Source: an uncultured Spirochaetota bacterium
GTDB lineage: Bacteria; Spirochaetota; Spirochaetia; SZUA-6; Fen-1364
Assembly (NCBI GenBank): GCA_963781885.1
Contig: CAWAHW010000001.1
Span: forward strand, 612,615-676,614
Length of the DNA: 64,000 nt
Reading direction: 5' to 3'
Below, in pieces: positions 41,558-52,057 of this stretch; the first letter of the stretch is position 1, and each line of letters begins with the position of its first letter. Both the position numbers and the translations under genes were made by a program. The notes beneath the pieces were generated by a model. The model was not told the origin of the DNA. It ran no database searches and saw only the letters and a list, made by a program, of their open reading frames with translations.

Positions 41558-44229
41558 GCCGGTGGCTCCGCCGCCGCGGGCACGAGGGAATCGGGCAGCA
41601 CGATGCCGATGGAGAGCCCGCCCTTGCGGTTGATGAAGGCGGAGATGGTTCCCCCGTGCGCTTCCACGATGCCCTTGCAGATCGACAGCCCCAGGCCGAC
41701 CCCGCCCGTGGCCGCGTTCCTGCCGCGGAAGAAGCGGTCGAAGAGGTGGGGCAGCTCTTCCGGGCGCACCCCCGGCCCGGCGTCCGCGATCGTGACGCCG
41801 ATGCCGTTGCCGACGCGCTCGACGCTGAGCTCCACCGGCGTGCCGGTGGGCGTGTGGCGCGCGGCGTTCGTGAGGATATTGGTGAGCACCTGCACCATGA
41901 GGGTGAAGTCTATGGAGACCGCCGGAAGGTCGCCATCCATGCGGATGGCAAGGGGGTAGTCCTTGCTCTGCCGGCGCAGCGCGTCGCCCACCACGGAAAC
42001 GAGGTCGATGACGTCCGTTTCCGATTTCTTCAGACGGAGCATGCCGGATTCGAGCCTGCTCATGCTGAGCAGGTTTTCCACGATGGCATTCAGCCTGTCG
42101 GTCGCGGTGAGCGTCTCCGCGAGGAGGGCGCCGCGCATGTCGGCATCCGCGCCGGAAAGCGGGTCCATGAGCGCCGTGATGGAGCCCTTAATCGTCGTGA
42201 GCGGCGTGCGCAGCTCGTGGGAGACGGTGTTGAGGAGCACGCGGCCCAGCCGCTCGGATTCGCGCGCCATCAGGTTCTTCCTGTTTTCGTCCGCAAGCAG
42301 CTCGCGCTCGAGGGACAAGGCGAGCGACCGCCCGAGCATCTGCAGGGAATCCTCCTGGTCCTTCAGCCAGCTCTTTCCTTCGGCCAGATGGATGCCCACC
42401 ACGCCCACCGCCGAATCGGGTGTCAGCAGGGGGATGTAGTGATATCGCGCCATGTGGAGGGTGTCGGTGTACTTCCCGCAGGGTGTGCGGCTGTCGAAGC
42501 AGAAGCGCGCAGCGGCGAACTCTTTTTCATCGATGTCGGTGTTTTCCCGTGAGTGCGGGGTGCGGGTGATTCCTCCCGCTTCGTCACGCAGGAGGACGAT
42601 CACTTCCGCCTCGAGGTAGCGCGAGACATGCTCCAGGCCCGCGCGCACGATCTCGTCCAGGCTCGTGCATTGCGACAGCGCCTGGGAAAAATCCACCAGC
42701 AGGGTCATCTTGCGGGCGCGCACATTCAGCATGGTCTGGTTGGAGCGCAGCCGGGACATGAGGAACGCAAGGGCGGCGGCGGTGACGAAGTAGAGGAAGA
42801 ACATCAGGATGTCTTCCAGCTTCGTGATGATGAATGTGAAGCGCGGCGGCAGGAAAAAGAAATCCCACAGCACGGCGGACAGGATCGCGGCGACAAGCAC
42901 GGCAAGACGCGTGGAGAAGAAGGCGAGGCTGATGACGGCGAGCAGGTAGAGAATGGAGACGGACCGGTAGCCGACCACCGGCAGGGCCAGGAGATTGATG
43001 CCCGTGGCCGCGGCAATGACGAGCGCCATCTTCACGAATGATGCCCGCTCGGGGCGGAGATAGGAGGAGAGCCGGATGCGCGGCCTGCCCAGCGTGGAGC
43101 CCTTTTCCTGCACGACGGCGACGTCGATGTCGCCGCTCATCTTCATCACGCGCTCGGCGATGGTGCGGCGGCGGAATCGTGTGGCGGTCGTGAAACCGGA
43201 TTTGCCGACCACGATCTCCGTGACGAGATTCTGCCGCGCGTAGCGGATCACCGCCAATGCCACGTCGTCCGACGGCAGCGTCACCACCGCGGCGCCGAGC
43301 TGCCGGGCGAGGTCCATGTTCCGGCGCAGCGATTCCTGCGCCGCGTCGCCCATTGGCGCGCCCGTCTCGATGTACAGCGCCGTCCATTCTCCCTTGAGGT
43401 TGAAGGCCCTCTGACGAGTCCAGCGGATGAGGTGCGCCGAGTTGGGGCTCGGGCTCACCGCCACAAGGAGCCTCTCCCCTGCCGTCATCGTTGCCGTGCG
43501 GGAATGACCCTCCGCGTAGGAAGCGAGCTGATGGGTGACCAGGAGCGCGGTGTGGCGGAGCGCCATCTCACGCAGCGCGGTGAGCGTGGGCTTGCGGAAG
43601 AAGTTCTCGGCGGCCGCCTGCGCCCTGTCGCCCAGGTATACCTTGCCTTCGGCAAGCCGTCGGAGGAGCTCCTCAGGAGAGACGTCGATCAGGACGACCT
43701 GCTCGGCGATATCGAAGATGGAGTCGGGGATGCGCTCGGTCACGGTGATGCCGGTGATCTCCTCCACCGTGTCGGCAAAGCCCTCCAGGTGCTGGACGTT
43801 CACCGTCGTAAAGACGTCGATACCGGCCTCGATCAGCTCCAGAACGTCCTGGTAGCGCTTCCTGTTGCGCGCACCCGGGGCATTGGTATGCGCGAGCTCG
43901 TCCACGAGACAGAGGCCGGGTTTTCGGGCCTTCACCGCGTCGACGTCCATCTCCTGCAGCATCCTGCCGCGGTAGTCCAGGCTCATGCGCGGCACCACTT
44001 CGAGGCCGGCGGCAAGCTCGTCCGTTTCCCGGCGCTGGTGGCTCTCAAGGTAGCCGATGACCACGTCGATGCCCTCGACGCGCTGCCGCTCCGCCTCTTT
44101 GAGCATGGAGAAGGTTTTCCCGACCCCCGCCGCCATGCCGAAGAAGATCTTGAGCTTTCCCTTGCCTGCCTGCTCACGTTCCGCGACGCGCAGAAGCGCG
44201 TCCGGATCGGCGCGTCTTTCGTCTTCCAT
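41554..44229 (-). CDS. kdpD: Sensor histidine kinase KdpD
   Basis: GKLKIFFG.AAGVGKT, DELAHTN, USP domain, four TMs, GAF, and SHELRTPL. Confidence 0.96.
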   Translation of the reverse strand: MEDERRADPDALLRVAEREQAGKGKLKIFFGMAAGVGKTFSMLKEAERQRVEGIDVVIGYLESHQRRETDELAAGLEVVPRMSLDYRGRMLQEMDVDAVKARKPGLCLVDELAHTNAPGARNRKRYQDVLELIEAGIDVFTTVNVQHLEGFADTVEEITGITVTERIPDSIFDIAEQVVLIDVSPEELLRRLAEGKVYLGDRAQAAAENFFRKPTLTALREMALRHTALLVTHQLASYAEGHSRTATMTAGERLLVAVSPSPNSAHLIRWTRQRAFNLKGEWTALYIETGAPMGDAAQESLRRNMDLARQLGAAVVTLPSDDVALAVIRYARQNLVTEIVVGKSGFTTATRFRRRTIAERVMKMSGDIDVAVVQEKGSTLGRPRIRLSSYLRPERASFVKMALVIAAATGINLLALPVVGYRSVSILYLLAVISLAFFSTRLAVLVAAILSAVLWDFFFLPPRFTFIITKLEDILMFFLYFVTAAALAFLMSRLRSNQTMLNVRARKMTLLVDFSQALSQCTSLDEIVRAGLEHVSRYLEAEVIVLLRDEAGGITRTPHSRENTDIDEKEFAAARFCFDSRTPCGKYTDTLHMARYHYIPLLTPDSAVGVVGIHLAEGKSWLKDQEDSLQMLGRSLALSLERELLADENRKNLMARESERLGRVLLNTVSHELRTPLTTIKGSITALMDPLSGADADMRGALLAETLTATDRLNAIVENLLSMSRLESGMLRLKKSETDVIDLVSVVGDALRRQSKDYPLAIRMDGDLPAVSIDFTLMVQVLTNILTNAARHTPTGTPVELSVERVGNGIGVTIADAGPGVRPEELPHLFDRFFRGRNAATGGVGLGLSICKGIVEAHGGTISAFINRKGGLSIGIVLPDSLVPAAAEPPA

Positions 44230-44326
44230 GGCGGGTCGCCTTTCCGATTGCGAGATTATAAGACAGCGCGCGCCTGCCGCCAACTGGCGTAGACGCGCGC
44301 CGAAGGAGGAGGAAGAGAGCGCCGCC

Positions 44327-44906
44327 TTACGGAGTCGCGACGGGGAAGGCCGCGTCCACGGCGAGGTTCAGCTCAAGAACGTTCACGCGCGGCTCACCGA
44401 GGAAGCCCAGCTGCGGCTTTTGCTCGTGCGCGCGCACCAAGTCGAGAAGCTGGGCGGCCTGCGCGCTTGACAGATGGCGTGCGGCTGCCACGGTGGGCGC
44501 CTGGAGCTCTGCGGCCCGCGGGCTGATGTCAGGGTCCACGCCGCTGCCTGAGGAATACAGCATCTCTATGGGCGCGTCGGCGGAACCGGTAGACTTCTGC
44601 CAGTCCTCCTTGCGCTGCGTGAAGTCCTTTTTGAGCTGGGCGCTCGTGTATCCCTGATTGCTGGCGCCCGAATTTCGAAGGATCGTAGCTCGTGGAGGAC
44701 GGCCTTTCGTGGAAATAACGGTCCGTGCTGAATGCCTGGGCCATGAGATGGGATCCCTGCAGTTTTCCATTCGAGCCGATAAGGCTGCCCTGCGCCTGGT
44801 GCGGGAAGAAGAGCGCCCCGACGCCGGTCATGAAAAGGGGATAGATACCCCCCACCATGACGGTCCAGAAGACAAATACAAGGATTGCCGTGCGAATAGG
44901 TTTCAT
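44327..44906 (-). CDS. kdpC: K+-transporting ATPase subunit C, frameshifted at ~44672
   Basis: N-terminal half in ORF 44529..44906 (YP...QAQGS...YFHERPS); C-terminal half in ORF 44327..44770 (SGASN...SGSGVDPDIS...VNVLELN). Confidence 0.9.
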
Positions 44907-44918
44907 TTCAGTCCTCCC

Positions 44919-46991
44919 TCACGCCAGCCCGATCACGTGAACGAGCAGGTCGATGGCCTTGATTCCGATGAAGGGCGCCACGATTCCTCCCAGGCCATAG
45001 ATCAGGAGGTTCCGTCGAAGCAGGCGCAGCGAGCCCACCGCGCGGTAACGGACGCCGCGCAGGGCAAGCGGGATCAGTGCCACAATGATGAGGGCGTTGA
45101 AGATGACCGCGGAGAGTATCGCGCTCTGCGGCGAGGCGAGCTGCATGACATTGAGCGCCGACAGGGGCCCGACGCCTCCTGCCGCCGCGTAGAGACCGAG
45201 GAACATGGCCGGGAGGATGGCAAAGAATTTCGCCACGTCGTTTGCGATGCTGAACGTGGTGAGCGCTCCGCGCGTGATGAGCTGCTCCTTGCCGACCTCG
45301 ATGATGTCGATGAGCTTTGTCGGGTTGGAGTCCAGGTCCACCATGTTGCCCGCTTCCCGCGCGACCTGCGTGCCCGAGCTCATGGCGACGCCGACGTCTG
45401 CCTGGGCAAGGGCCGGCGCGTCGTTCGTACCGTCGCCGATCATCGCCACCAGGTGGCCGCTGGCCTGCTCGGCGCGGATGCGGTCCAGCTTTGCCTGCGG
45501 CGTTGCCTCCGCGATGTAGTCGTCCACGCCTGCCTCCGCCGCGATCGTCGCCGCCGTGAGGGGGTTGTCGCCGGTGATCATGATGGAGCGGATGCCCATC
45601 TTGGAAAGGCTTCTGATGCGATCCTTGATGCCGCCCTTCACGATGTCTTTCAGATAGATCACGCCTAGTGCCTGGTTGTGCCGCGCCACCGCGAGCGGCG
45701 TGCCACCCTCCGCGGAGATCGTTCGCACCCGCGCCTCCAGCTCCGCCGGGAAGCTCCCGCCTGCCGAGGTGATCCATTCGCGGACGGCTTCCGCCGCGCC
45801 TTTGCGGATGGACTTGTGCTGGTCATCGAAATCGACGCCGCTCATGCGCGTCTTTGCAGAGAAGGGAACGAATTTCCCGCCGATCTCCGCCATTGTCGTG
45901 GCGCGGATGGTGTAGTTTTTCCGGGCAAGGTTGACGATGGACCTGCCCTCGGGTGTTTCGTCGGCCAGCGAGCCCAGGAGCGCCGCTTCCGCCAAAGCGC
46001 TCTCCGGCACCCCGGGCGCGGGGTGGAAGGACGAGGCCATCCTGTTGCCCATGGTCACGGTGCCCGTCTTGTCGAGCAGCATCACGTCGATATCCCCGGC
46101 CGCGTCCACGGCGCGACCGCTCAGCGCGAGAACATTCTTCTTCAACAGGCGGCTCACGCTGCTGATGCCCACGGCAGAGAGCAGGCCCCCGATGGTGGTG
46201 GGGATGAGGCAGACCAGCAGCGCAAAGAGGACGGCAACCGTGACGAACACGGCCGTTCCCGACTGCTTCGCGCTGTAGTCGGCGAAAAACCAGAGCGTGC
46301 CCACCGCGCCGAGGAAGATGATGGAGAACGCGGAGAGGAGAATGAGGAGGGCAATCTCCCCCGGCGTCTTCTGCCGGCTCGCGTTCTCCACCAGCCCGAT
46401 CATGCGATCCACGAATGTCTTGCCCTGCTCCGCGGTGATGCGGACCACGATGCGGTCCGAGATGACCCGGGTCCCTCCCGTGACGGCGCTCCTGTCCCCG
46501 CCGGATTCGCGGATGACGGGCGCCGACTCCCCGGTGATTGCCGACTCGTCGATGCTCGCGATTCCTTCTATTACTTCGCCGTCGCCGGGGATCACGTCAC
46601 CCGCCTCGCAGATCACCTTGTCGCCCAGCCGCAGGAGCGCGGATGCCACCTTCTCTTCGGCGCCGCTGCTGCCCAGGCGCCGCGCAATCGTCTTCGTGCG
46701 CATCGCTCGAAGCGAATCGGCGCGGGCCCTGCCCTGGATCTCCGCCAGCGATTCCGAGAAGTTCGCGAAAAGCACGGTAAACCACAGCCAGATTGCGATC
46801 TGGAGGTTGAAGCCGTCATAGACGCCGCGGATCAGGTCGGCGATGAAGACCGCCGTGATGAAAAGCGATCCGATCCAGACCATGAACATAACCGGGTTCC
46901 TGATCTCCACCCGGGGATCGAGCTTTTTGAAGGCCATCCCCGTTGCGCGGACCAGGACGGGAAGGCTGAACAGATGAATCTCTTGACGCAT
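44919..46991 (-). CDS. kdpB: K+-transporting ATPase subunit B
   Basis: [20 protein letters not shown] and GDGTNDAP. Confidence 0.97.
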   Translation of the reverse strand: MRQEIHLFSLPVLVRATGMAFKKLDPRVEIRNPVMFMVWIGSLFITAVFIADLIRGVYDGFNLQIAIWLWFTVLFANFSESLAEIQGRARADSLRAMRTKTIARRLGSSGAEEKVASALLRLGDKVICEAGDVIPGDGEVIEGIASIDESAITGESAPVIRESGGDRSAVTGGTRVISDRIVVRITAEQGKTFVDRMIGLVENASRQKTPGEIALLILLSAFSIIFLGAVGTLWFFADYSAKQSGTAVFVTVAVLFALLVCLIPTTIGGLLSAVGISSVSRLLKKNVLALSGRAVDAAGDIDVMLLDKTGTVTMGNRMASSFHPAPGVPESALAEAALLGSLADETPEGRSIVNLARKNYTIRATTMAEIGGKFVPFSAKTRMSGVDFDDQHKSIRKGAAEAVREWITSAGGSFPAELEARVRTISAEGGTPLAVARHNQALGVIYLKDIVKGGIKDRIRSLSKMGIRSIMITGDNPLTAATIAAEAGVDDYIAEATPQAKLDRIRAEQASGHLVAMIGDGTNDAPALAQADVGVAMSSGTQVAREAGNMVDLDSNPTKLIDIIEVGKEQLITRGALTTFSIANDVAKFFAILPAMFLGLYAAAGGVGPLSALNVMQLASPQSAILSAVIFNALIIVALIPLALRGVRYRAVGSLRLLRRNLLIYGLGGIVAPFIGIKAIDLLVHVIGLA

Positions 46992-47003
46992 GTCATTTTC
47001 TCC

Positions 47004-48722
47004 TTAGAACACCATGCCTCGAAGGGCGAGGAAGTGCTCCAGAATGGGTCCGAGTGTCAGCGCGGGGAAGAAGTTCAGCGCTGCCACGATGATGACGGTG
47101 AGCACGAGAAGGATCACGAATGTCATGTTGTGCGTGGCAAAGGTTCCCACGCTTGCGGGGATCGGCACCTTGGCGCCGAGACTTCCGGCAATGGCCAGGG
47201 CCGGGGCGATCACGATGTAGCGTCCTATCATGATGGCCGCCGCGATTGTCGTATTGTAGAAGACCGTATTGACGCCCAGGCCGGCGAATGCGCTTCCGTT
47301 GTTGCCCACGCCTGACGCATATGCGTAGAGGACCTCCGACAGGCCGTGCGGTCCCTGGTTGGCAAGACCCGCAAGACCGACCTTCGTGAATATCGCCGCC
47401 GCAGCGAGGAACAGCACCGTAATTGTCTGCCCCACCACGGCGAGAACGGAGAGTTGGACTTCCCGGGTCTCGATCTTCTTGCCGAGATACTCGGGTGTGC
47501 GGCCGACCATCAGACCGGCGATGAAGACCGTGATGAAGAGGAAGATGAGCATCCCGTACATGCCGGCGCCCACGCCGCCGTAGATGATTTCCCCCACCAT
47601 GAGATTGACCAGCGGGATCATGCCGCCAAGCGGGGAGAAACTGTCGTGCATCGAGTCTACGGAACCGTTTGACGCAACGGTGGTGAACTGCGCCCAGATC
47701 GCGCTGGCGGAAATGCCGAAGCGCGTCTCCTTCCCTTCCATCGTGCCGATGGTTCCCGTCACGCCGTTGTGCGCGTACTCAGAGGCCAGAATGCCGATGA
47801 GGCCGACCGCGAAGAGGATCGTCATGGCGGCAAAGATCGCCCGACCCTGCCGCCGGTCCTTCACCATGCGGCCGAAGGAGAAGGGCAGGGCCACCGGTAT
47901 GAGGAGGATGGCGAGCAGCTCGAAGAAGTTGCTGAACGGCGTGGGGTTCTCGTAGGGATAGGCCGAGTTGACCCCGAAGAAACCGCCGCCATTCGTTCCC
48001 AGCTGCTTGATGGCGATCTGGGAGGCCGCGGGACCCATGGGGAGGATCTGCTCCTTTCCCTCCAGGGTGACCGCATGCGCGTAGCCGGAGAAGTTCTGGA
48101 TGACGCCCTGCGAAATGAGGATCGCGGCGAGGATGATCGACAGGGGAAGCAGGACGTACAAGGTGGAACGCGTGATGTCGACCCAGAAGTTTCCCAGCCC
48201 CGCATTGCCGTGTACGCCGGGCAGCACCGCCGCTTTCGGCCTGTTGCGGATGCCGCGCACCAGGGCGATCATCACCGCGATGCCGGTGGCGGCGCTCAGG
48301 AAGTTCTGCACCGCGAGGCCGACCATCTGGGAGAAATACGAAGCGGCCGACTCTCCCGAATAGGCCTGCCAGTTGGTGTTGGTGATGAAGCTCATGGAGG
48401 TGTTCAGCGCAAGGTGCCAGGACATGTTGTCCACGTGCGCCGGGTTGAGCGGCAGCCACTTCTGCGTCATGAGCACGGCCCAAAGGAACAGGAAACCCAG
48501 ACCGTTCAGCGCCACGACAGCGGCGAGGTACTGCTTCCAGTTCATCTCCTTCTCGGGATGCACGCCCGTGGCGCGGTAGATCCACCTCTCGACTGGCGTG
48601 AGGAAGCCCAGGATGTGGCGTTCGCCATCGAACACGCGCGCCATGTATTTGCCGAGGAATGGCGCGCATCCGAACAGGACGCCGAGGACCACGACGAGCT
48701 GGATCCAGTTTGTTGTGCTCAT
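47004..48722 (-). CDS. kdpA: K+-transporting ATPase subunit A
   Basis: Selectivity-filter segments TNTNWQ, GTNGGG, SNGS and NNGS. Confidence 0.97.
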   Translation of the reverse strand: MSTTNWIQLVVVLGVLFGCAPFLGKYMARVFDGERHILGFLTPVERWIYRATGVHPEKEMNWKQYLAAVVALNGLGFLFLWAVLMTQKWLPLNPAHVDNMSWHLALNTSMSFITNTNWQAYSGESAASYFSQMVGLAVQNFLSAATGIAVMIALVRGIRNRPKAAVLPGVHGNAGLGNFWVDITRSTLYVLLPLSIILAAILISQGVIQNFSGYAHAVTLEGKEQILPMGPAASQIAIKQLGTNGGGFFGVNSAYPYENPTPFSNFFELLAILLIPVALPFSFGRMVKDRRQGRAIFAAMTILFAVGLIGILASEYAHNGVTGTIGTMEGKETRFGISASAIWAQFTTVASNGSVDSMHDSFSPLGGMIPLVNLMVGEIIYGGVGAGMYGMLIFLFITVFIAGLMVGRTPEYLGKKIETREVQLSVLAVVGQTITVLFLAAAAIFTKVGLAGLANQGPHGLSEVLYAYASGVGNNGSAFAGLGVNTVFYNTTIAAAIMIGRYIVIAPALAIAGSLGAKVPIPASVGTFATHNMTFVILLVLTVIIVAALNFFPALTLGPILEHFLALRGMVF

Positions 48723-48731
48723 GCTGTCCTC

Positions 48732-48821
48732 CTAGAACTTGTCCGGCCGGATGATGGAGTACGTGAGGTAGATGAGGATGAGAACGCCCAGGACACCGGC
48801 GATAATCAATTGAATACTCAT
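48732..48821 (-). CDS. kdpF: K+-transporting ATPase subunit F (29 aa)
   Basis: Manual translation MSIQLIIAGVLGVLILIYLTYSIIRPDKF*, directly upstream of kdpA, with the YL...RP(E/D)KF signature. Confidence 0.9.
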   Translation of the reverse strand: MSIQLIIAGVLGVLILIYLTYSIIRPDKF

Positions 48822-48827
48822 GCCTTG

Positions 48828-48904
48828 ATCATAGGCACGGCAGGCGGGGCGGGAAATTTCAAAACCGTTAAGTTTCAGCGCGGAGGTGTTAAGGACGCAT
48901 TAAA
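48828..48904 (-). promoter_or_regulatory. kdpF promoter with candidate KdpE boxes
   Basis: -10 TATGAT at 48833-48828; (T/C)TTAA half-sites at 48904-48899, 48893-48888 and 48872-48867 (11- and 21-bp spacing). Confidence 0.55.
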
Positions 48905-48920
48905 AGTGGCGTCGGTAAGG

Positions 48921-49451
48921 CTATTTCTGGTCCGGCACGCGGTCCCAGACGCTGTCCATGGGGTCGTCGTCGGCGGGTGCGTACAACAGGGGATCTGCGA
49001 TGTGATCGCGCACGAAATTGTGCAGATCGATCGGGGCGGCAAAGACCTGGGACCGGAACAGGCCATCATCCACGAAGCGCAGGAAGAGCTGGCTGCCGGA
49101 AAGCTGGTAGCGTGCGAAGTACCAGCTGGTATCGTCGCTGTCGATCTGGCGGACGTTGAGGAAGGTCTCCCCGCTCACCGTCGTTGCGAACACCCGGTAG
49201 GTTTCCAGCTGTCCCTTGTCCTGGGAAACGGCGACGTATTCATGCTCGTTGAAGGGGTGAAAGGACAGGGTGATGCGGTCTCCGGACTCCTGGTCCACCA
49301 TCGTCCATGTCCCGGCAAGGTCCTTGTCCTGCAGGCCGGTGACGGGGTCCGCGAGCGGCGTGTCGGAGGAGAAAGGGCATCCGCAGAGCAGGAGAACGGC
49401 GACGGCGGCAAAAGTCCATGGGAGGCATTTCCGGATCCGCGCGCGGTTCAT
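48921..49451 (-). CDS. Hypothetical lipoprotein
   Basis: Basic N-terminus, hydrophobic core and LCGC lipobox; ATGA overlap with the upstream gene. Confidence 0.7.
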   Translation of the reverse strand: MNRARIRKCLPWTFAAVAVLLLCGCPFSSDTPLADPVTGLQDKDLAGTWTMVDQESGDRITLSFHPFNEHEYVAVSQDKGQLETYRVFATTVSGETFLNVRQIDSDDTSWYFARYQLSGSQLFLRFVDDGLFRSQVFAAPIDLHNFVRDHIADPLLYAPADDDPMDSVWDRVPDQK

Positions 49452-49885
49452 GCCGCACCTGCCGCGCGGGTGAACACCGCGACCTGCCATATGCCGCGGG
49501 TGCGTCGATAGATGCGTGAAAGCCCCTGGTCGCGCAGCAGGGATTCCACATCCTCCGTCGGATGCGCAAATATGCGGAACGTGCTGCCCCGTATCCGCTG
49601 GGAGAGGTTGAGCAGGCGGACGCCCAGCCGCGTCCACCAGGAGCTGCTCGCGGCGTCGACGCCTGTCACCTTGGTGATCCCGGATTCCAACAGCATCCGC
49701 TGCACGGCACCCACCCCTCCGCCGATGTCCAGCAGGGTCCTTCCCGCGACGCCTTGCGCGCGCAGCGCTTCCACGAGCATCAGTGTCGTCCGCTGCGGAC
49801 CGCGCCGGTGCTCACGCTGGAGCTGGCTCTCTGCAAGACGGCGGTCGAAGGTGTTTTCTATTCCCTGGCACTGGCAATGACTCAT
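49448..49885 (-). CDS. Class I SAM methyltransferase-like protein, apparently internally deleted
   Basis: Motif I LLDIGGGVG and the VD acidic loop are present, but the protein is only 145 aa. Confidence 0.6.
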   Translation of the reverse strand: MSHCQCQGIENTFDRRLAESQLQREHRRGPQRTTLMLVEALRAQGVAGRTLLDIGGGVGAVQRMLLESGITKVTGVDAASSSWWTRLGVRLLNLSQRIRGSTFRIFAHPTEDVESLLRDQGLSRIYRRTRGIWQVAVFTRAAGAA

Positions 49886-49999
49886 GCGCCGCGTTCCCTA
49901 CCCAATGTACCGATCCCGGCCGCCGCGGCATAGGGGGCAACGGCCCCCTTGTCGTCTCCCCGCGGCATGCCCTATGCTCGCCGCGCTTTGGAAAGGCAC

Positions 50000-50632
50000 G
50001 TGACGACAGTGATACTCGATTTCGGCGGCGTGCTGGGCCTGCCGCTCGATCCGCGCCACCGCGCGGAGATGGCGGCCCTGTGCGGGCTTCCGGTCGCGGA
50101 GTTCCAGCGCCTCTACGTTCCCGACCGGCACGAGCTGGACCGTGGCACTTTGCCGGGGAGCGAATATTGGCGGCGCATTCTTGCCGCGGGCGGGAAGGAA
50201 GCCACGCCGGAGCTCGTTGCGCGAATAGAAGAGATCGACACCCGGGGATGGCTCGAGGTCAACCACAGGGTCGTCGCATGGACGCGGGAGTTGAAAGCCG
50301 AAGGCTACCGCACGGGGCTGCTTTCCAACATGCCTCACGAGAAGCGGGCATTCCTGCGGCGGGAGCAGGCATACCGCTGGCTGGGTGACTTCGACGCGGT
50401 GGTTTTTTCCTGCGATTACGCGCTGGTGAAGCCCGAGCCCGAGATCTACCGGCTTTGCCTCTCAAAGCTCGGCGCGCAGCCCGCCGAATGTCTTTTTGTC
50501 GACGACACCCCGGTCAACGTCGATGCGGCACGGGCACTTGGTTTCCAGGGTCTCTTGTTCCGGGACGTGGAACAGGCGGCGCCGCTCATCCAGACGCAAT
50601 GGGGCATTCCAGTCCGCAGCCTCCTGGGGTAG
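50000..50632 (+). CDS. HAD-family phosphatase
   Basis: DFGGVL, LLSN, KPEPEIY and FVDD..VN. Confidence 0.9.
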   Translation: MTTVILDFGGVLGLPLDPRHRAEMAALCGLPVAEFQRLYVPDRHELDRGTLPGSEYWRRILAAGGKEATPELVARIEEIDTRGWLEVNHRVVAWTRELKAEGYRTGLLSNMPHEKRAFLRREQAYRWLGDFDAVVFSCDYALVKPEPEIYRLCLSKLGAQPAECLFVDDTPVNVDAARALGFQGLLFRDVEQAAPLIQTQWGIPVRSLLG

Positions 50633-50688
50633 CAGGCGGCCCCCGGCCGTGATAGAATTCCAACCGTCACGGATGCCCGCAGGGAAAA

Positions 50689-51939
50689 ATGAGTGTTGCA
50701 AACAGATTTGAGCTCGCGCCGTACCTCCTCGTCGCGATAGATTTCATCGTCGCCTGCTGCACGGCGGTTGCCGTCCTGCCCGTCGGCATCGCGCAGATCG
50801 CCGTCCCGGTCGCGCTTCTGCTGGTGGTCTACGCAAGCGGAGAGTATTCCCTGCTTTCCGAGATCACGCTTCGACGCCGTTTCGGCGTGGCCCTTGGATG
50901 CCTCCTCTTCCTCGCCGCGGCGATCGCGGCGCGCGGGCTGCCCGGCTCCTTGTGGCTTCTGCCCTGGCAGGGGTGGGGTCGTCTGGCCATTGCAGGCCTG
51001 GGGTGCGCCGCCTTTGCCGTCGCTCATTACGGCCTGGAGGGCTTCCTCCGCACGCAGAGCCAGCACTACGTCCTGCACTTCGGTCCCGGCTGGGAGGCGG
51101 CGGCCGAGGCGCTGCGCCGTCACGTCTCGCGCTCGCGCTATCCCGCCGAGATCCTGCTCGACCCCGCCGGTGGCGCCTCCAATGGCGGCGCGCGCGCGGA
51201 GGTGCTCTTCCCGCGCCGCGACGACGGTGCCGAGCCCGTCCGTCTCCTGGCGACCTTCGATCCTGCCCGGCTCTGCGACGTCGCCCTCCGCGTCCTGCCG
51301 CCCGCCGTGCTCGCCCGGCGGCCCGACTACGTCAACTGGCACCGGCATGAAAGGCGCTTCTACGACGTGCTGAAGCGCTTCGTCGACGCCGGGGCCGCGG
51401 GCGTTCTTTTCTGCATCAGCCTCCCTTTCATGGCCTTTGCCGCGGTCGGCATTGCCTTGTCCGACGGCGGACCTGTCCTGTTCCGCCAGGCCCGTGTCGG
51501 ACGATTCGGAAGACGTTTCATGCTCCTGAAGTTCAGGACGCTGCGTTCGGAGGGCGCCCCTTCAGGGAATCCCAACGATGCCATCGAGCAGCGCGTCTTC
51601 CGGTTCGGCGCATTTCTCCGACGCACCCGGCTGGACGAGCTTCCCCAGTTCATCAACATCATGCGCGGCGACATGAGTCTCGTGGGGCCGAGGCCCGAGA
51701 TGGAATACTTCCATCAAAGCTGGGCAGGCTCCATTCCCTTTTACCATAAACGCCTGCTCGTTCGTCCCGGGCTCTCCGGCTGGGCGCAGGTGAGGTTTCC
51801 CCACACCTCTGAGGAAGTCGACTACTGGGACAAGACCGCCTACGATCTCTGGTACGTCGCCCACAGGAACGCCATTCTCGACATGCGGATACTCCTTCGG
51901 ACCGCCGGAGTCATGTTTTTCGGCCTCGGCGCCCGCTAA
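50689..51939 (+). CDS. Polyprenyl glycosylphosphotransferase (bacterial sugar transferase)
   Basis: N-terminal TMs, KR.VD, KFRT, LDELPQ and GDMSLVGPRPE. Confidence 0.9.
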   Translation: MSVANRFELAPYLLVAIDFIVACCTAVAVLPVGIAQIAVPVALLLVVYASGEYSLLSEITLRRRFGVALGCLLFLAAAIAARGLPGSLWLLPWQGWGRLAIAGLGCAAFAVAHYGLEGFLRTQSQHYVLHFGPGWEAAAEALRRHVSRSRYPAEILLDPAGGASNGGARAEVLFPRRDDGAEPVRLLATFDPARLCDVALRVLPPAVLARRPDYVNWHRHERRFYDVLKRFVDAGAAGVLFCISLPFMAFAAVGIALSDGGPVLFRQARVGRFGRRFMLLKFRTLRSEGAPSGNPNDAIEQRVFRFGAFLRRTRLDELPQFINIMRGDMSLVGPRPEMEYFHQSWAGSIPFYHKRLLVRPGLSGWAQVRFPHTSEEVDYWDKTAYDLWYVAHRNAILDMRILLRTAGVMFFGLGAR

Positions 51940-51998
51940 CCCGCAAAATTGCCTGTCAAGAAACGGTTTTTTGCGCTTGAAATTTCATTGCATTTATA

Positions 51999-52027
51999 TT
52001 GACATTTAAATCACGAAATGGTATAGG
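51999..52027 (+). promoter_or_regulatory. Sigma70 promoter of the hydrogenase operon
   Basis: TTGACA (51999), 17-bp spacer, then TATAGG (52022) preceded by TG. Confidence 0.6.
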
Positions 52028-52032
52028 TTGTA

Positions 52033-52050
52033 TTGTGAATTGGTTCACTA
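52033..52050. promoter_or_regulatory. Rex-like operator
   Basis: TTGTGAA-TTGG-TTCACTA versus the Rex consensus TTGTGAA-N4-TTCACAA (one mismatch). Confidence 0.75.
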
Positions 52051-52057
52051 TTAGGAG

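Noticed and set aside
44660-44685. Programmed frameshift or phase variation in kdpC and the other broken genes
   Set aside because: No long homopolymer or slippery heptamer was seen at the breaks; scattered indels fit sequencing error better.
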